59,637 nt of DNA from Thraustochytrium aureum (lineage: Eukaryota). This document shows positions 56,538 through 59,637 of the stretch, piece after piece. Numbering within the stretch: position 1 is the first letter of the stretch; each line of letters begins with the position of its first letter. The position numbers and the translations under genes were made by a program. The notes below the pieces were generated by a model. The model searched no databases. It worked only from the letters and a program-made list of their open reading frames with translations, and was not told the DNA's origin. Where the stretch lies: contig BLSG01000116.1 of assembly GCA_012862495.1 (NCBI GenBank), forward strand, positions 2,508-62,144. The letters run 5' to 3'.

Positions 56538-57742
56538 GAGACGGGCGCAAGCGTCAGTTGCAGCCTGCCCGATGCCTGACTGGCGGACACCCGATGCCGG
56601 TGGAGACGGAGGATGTGGCAGACTCGCACGCCGTCCCGAAGATCATTGATGCAATGTCCCAAGTGTCGGACAGGAGTTTTGGCACAAGATAGCGGAGAGT
56701 ACAGAGGGTCGGGTTAGGGTATGCGGTGAAACCTAACTGAATCGAGGGTGGACACGCGGGGCGAGCAGACCGTCAACGAGGCGTGCGGCCGCTCGTGGGC
56801 GGCANNNNNNNNNNNNNNNNNNNNNNNNNNNNNNNNNNNNNNNNNNNNNNNNNNNNNNNNNNNNNNNNNNNNNNNNNNNNNNNNNNNNNNNNNNNNNNNN
56901 NNNNNNNNNNNNNNNNNNNNNNNNNNNNNNNNNNNNNNNNNNNNNNNNNNNNNNNNNNNNNNNNNNNNNNNNNNNNNNNNNNNNNNNNNNNNNNNNNNNN
57001 NNNNNNNNNNNNNNNNNNNNNNNNNNNNNNNNNNNNNNNNNNNNNNNNNNNNNNNNNNNNNNNNNNNNNNNNNNNNNNNNNNNNNNNNNNNNNNNNNNNN
57101 NNNNNNNNNNNNNNNNNNNNNNNNNNNNNNNNNNNNNNNNNNNNNNNNNNNNNNNNNNNNNNNNNNNNNNNNNNNNNNNNNNNNNNNNNNNNNNNNNNNN
57201 NNNNNNNNNNNNNNNNNNNNNNNNNNNNNNNNNNNNNNNNNNNNNNNNNNNNNNNNNNNNNNNNNNNNNNNNNNNNNNNNNNNNNNNNNNNNNNNNNNNN
57301 NNNNNNNNNNNNNNNNNNNNNNNNNNNNNNNNNNNNNNNNNNNNNNNNNNNNNNNNNNNNNNNNNNNNNNNNNNNNNNNNNNNNNNNNNNNNNNNNNNNN
57401 NNNNNNNNNNNNNNNNNNNNNNNNNNNNNNNNNNNNNNNNNNNNNNNNNNNNNNNNNNNNNNNNNNNNNNNNNNNNNNNNNNNNNNNNNNNNNNNNNNNN
57501 NNNNNNNNNNNNNNNNNNNNNNNNNNNNNNNNNNNNNNNNNNNNNNNNNNNNNNNNNNNNTGTCATCAGTCTCGAGCGCCGCCTTGATCAGCAATTCCGA
57601 CAGGCGCGAGGTCCGACTCATGTCGGCAGAGCATGCGAGGGGCGGTGGCGGTGCTAGCGCTAGCAGCGGCTTCAACCGCGAATTGGTCAACAGGCTCAAG
57701 AAGCAGGCTAAGCGCGCAACCCCAATTGGGCCACAACGCTGA
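56382..57742 (+). CDS. Probable signal-anchored/secreted hypothetical protein (frameshifted, mostly in the N gap)
   Basis: MPRHGTSLLRLAALGLVLLLVLALALVEP signal/TM and poly-Ala, with protein-like continuation in another frame (VETEDVADSHAVPKIIDAMSQV). A possible C-terminus lies at 57561-57742. Confidence 0.4.
56511..56537. repeat. (GCA)9 microsatellite, probably coding poly-Ala
   Basis: Read directly. Confidence 0.85.
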
Positions 57743-58192
57743 CGCAGGGCCCCGCGAGGATGGACTCTGCTGATGTTGTGTTGCGTGGTGCGGTGTGGGG
57801 GAGCGATGCGTGATGTGGCGCGTTGGCGCTTGCTAGTTTACGCCTCAGAGGCTGGAGTATTCGGTGTCATCGAGCACGTGCGATTCCGCGTCCTCGTGCA
57901 AGGACCGGGTTGTCGCACGATTGCGAAGAAGTTGATTGTGCCGGGTGGAAACCTTCCAGTCTGTAGGCTGACGGAAGGGCTTTTCAGCCTGCACCGGCTG
58001 TGCCAAATGGCTTGTTGCAGCGCCGATTCGTTCGCATTGCCTCGTCTCGGGCTCCGCGTACCGTCTCTTGTTTCGTGCGTAGTGTCACGCGCTGCAAAGT
58101 TGCAGAGCGGGATGATTCGTTTGAAAAAAAATTCGGTCGGGTCGGGCGGTGGGATCGCCATTTGCCAGGCAGCTGCTGGCTCGGAATCCGAG

Positions 58193-58230
58193 CCCTGCGA
58201 GCCGAACCCTGCGAGCCGAACCCTGCGAGC
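58193..58230. repeat. 14-bp tandem repeat (CCCTGCGAGCCGAA)x2.7
   Basis: Read directly. Confidence 0.8.
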
Positions 58231-58560
58231 GAGCCTGCCGCGACCTCTGGAGCAGTCGCATTTCCCCGTCTTCGCTGCAGCCTGGAGGCCTACCAACTCA
58301 CGGGCGGCCACCGCGAAGAGCATCCCAAGCTCTTTTGCATTGTTGGCCGGCCTGGCTGTCGCAACAGGACGCCTGGCGTGAAGATCGGTGCGCCGTAGAG
58401 GGGTCCCAGAAGTTCTCGCCCCATCGCCGCACAGGCAGCGACAAACAAGAGGAACGATGCAGATCAGAGACCTTTCCTTCGCAACAGGCACATACAAGTT
58501 TCTTAGAGTAGAGAGTACTGGTACATTCGGGGGGCGCAGTGCAGCGCGCAAAACAGAGAT

Positions 58561-59340
58561 TCACTTGGGCATCATCATGCCGAGCGTTCGCATAAAGTCG
58601 GCCTCACTGACATGAAGCCGGAACGAGAGCAGCTTGCACAAGGAGAGCTCGAACTCCCCAAGCCGCGAGGCGGCTACGCCGCCAAGCCGAGCCATGATCT
58701 TGTTCGGTATGGGTTTGTCGCGCGTGAGCTTGGTCGCTGTGACGATGCAGGCTAGCAGCATGCGGTGTACGTTGCTCCGCGTCAGAACGACCTCCGTGTT
58801 CCAACTGAGCACGCGGTCCACGTACACGCACGCAATGACGAGCATGGCAAAGCCGGGGCTAACCACGCTCTCAGGGCCGCTCTCTGCGCACCCTTCTGTG
58901 CGGTACACGGCGTTGAGGTAGCCGACACAGCGGGCCAGGTACGCGCGGAGGTCGAACTTTGGCACTGTGCCGGCTGAAAAGTGGCCCGCCGCGTCCGCAG
59001 AGCCTTGGCTACGCGAGCCTCTGCAAGCGAGCTTCCACATGGATGCCGCGAGAGTGTCCAAAATCTCCTCCTCGTTGACGCGCGACCGAACCACTGCAAA
59101 CAATAGCGACGCGTTCTCGTCTTTCTTTTGCACGACAGCGCGAGCAACAGGCGAACCGTCCTGCGTCTTCGACTCTTCACAGGGCCGTCCGCAGCGCTCA
59201 GCAGGAGCCTTGGAGTCGCTCGCGCGGGCGGCTGCGTTTTGGCCACAACCTTTGCAGGGGTCCGCATCCTCAACGATGTTGAGCTCAATCTCGACGTGAG
59301 CGTCAGCCACGCCGTTCGTCGTCGCTGCCATGACGCCCAT
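58561..59340 (-). CDS. Cyclin, PHO80/P/U-type
   Basis: F.AGTVPKFDLRAYLAR, LVIACVYVDR, LTRSNVHRMLLACIVTATK..D...N...ARLGGV....L..FEL....LL.FRLHVS. Confidence 0.9.
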   Translation of the reverse strand: MGVMAATTNGVADAHVEIELNIVEDADPCKGCGQNAAARASDSKAPAERCGRPCEESKTQDGSPVARAVVQKKDENASLLFAVVRSRVNEEEILDTLAASMWKLACRGSRSQGSADAAGHFSAGTVPKFDLRAYLARCVGYLNAVYRTEGCAESGPESVVSPGFAMLVIACVYVDRVLSWNTEVVLTRSNVHRMLLACIVTATKLTRDKPIPNKIMARLGGVAASRLGEFELSLCKLLSFRLHVSEADFMRTLGMMMPK

Positions 59341-59637
59341 CGCGCCGACGCCCGTCTGCCCCGTTTCCTCTGGCCCTCGTTGGATCGGGCTGCGCTTTAT
59401 CCCGAGTGAGCTGATCCAGTTCCAGTGGTGGGCGATGCGCTCTCGGTTTCGAGTTTCGTTCGAGGTTTGCGTGCGCGAATGAGCCAGTTGTTGCTAGGCC
59501 GAGCAAGCGCAGAATGCGGGACTGAATTCCCTACAACAACCCGACGCTCCACCGCAGCAGTTTGTATCACGTGCACGCGAGCAAGCTCAAGCAGCTCGGG
59601 CTTTCCTGCCTTCTTTCTCTCTCTTTCTTCCAGTTGG

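Noticed and set aside
2640..57560. ORFs inflated by N runs, and any content inside the gaps
   Set aside because: N tracts contain no stops, so ORF lengths across them are artefactual, and nothing can be inferred about the masked sequence.
57773..58551. ORFs 57773..58381 (+) and 57838..58551 (-)
   Set aside because: No recognisable motifs, and they overlap a simple tandem repeat. Probably UTR or intergenic sequence.

Overview
GC-rich, gene-dense, intron-poor eukaryotic genomic DNA. The few introns have GTAAGT donors, CTRAC branch points and YAG acceptors. The gene set (SHAQKYF-class Myb, TPS-TPP fusion, PDR-type full ABCG, cytochrome b5-containing sulfite oxidase, M6 protease with ShK-like repeats) suggests a protist, probably a stramenopile such as a labyrinthulomycete. 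That taxonomy is inference only. About 22 protein-coding genes can be read. The assembly has many N gaps and many single-base indels in short homopolymers; these break otherwise intact genes and look like sequencing errors, not pseudogenisation or recoding. I found no rRNA, tRNA, CRISPR array or recognisable transposase/RT, and no operon-like novel system. The most notable items are: (1) a C2-C2-metacaspase fused to a C-terminal Cys4 ribbon; (2) a TPS/TPP protein degenerate at both active sites, with a probable C-terminal membrane tail anchor; (3) an ankyrin protein with an internal WH2/thymosin-like LKKVxxxEK motif; (4) neighbouring SDRs carrying PTS2 and PTS1 signals; (5) a membrane-anchored bacterial-type M6 metalloprotease with ShK-like repeats; (6) a secreted Cys-rich protein with a domain nested inside a repeat; (7) recurring intergenic motifs TACTCTAC/GTAGAGTA and (CAGAATT)n; (8) a 3x89-bp tandem repeat. 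All family calls come from motifs recognised by eye; no database search was run.
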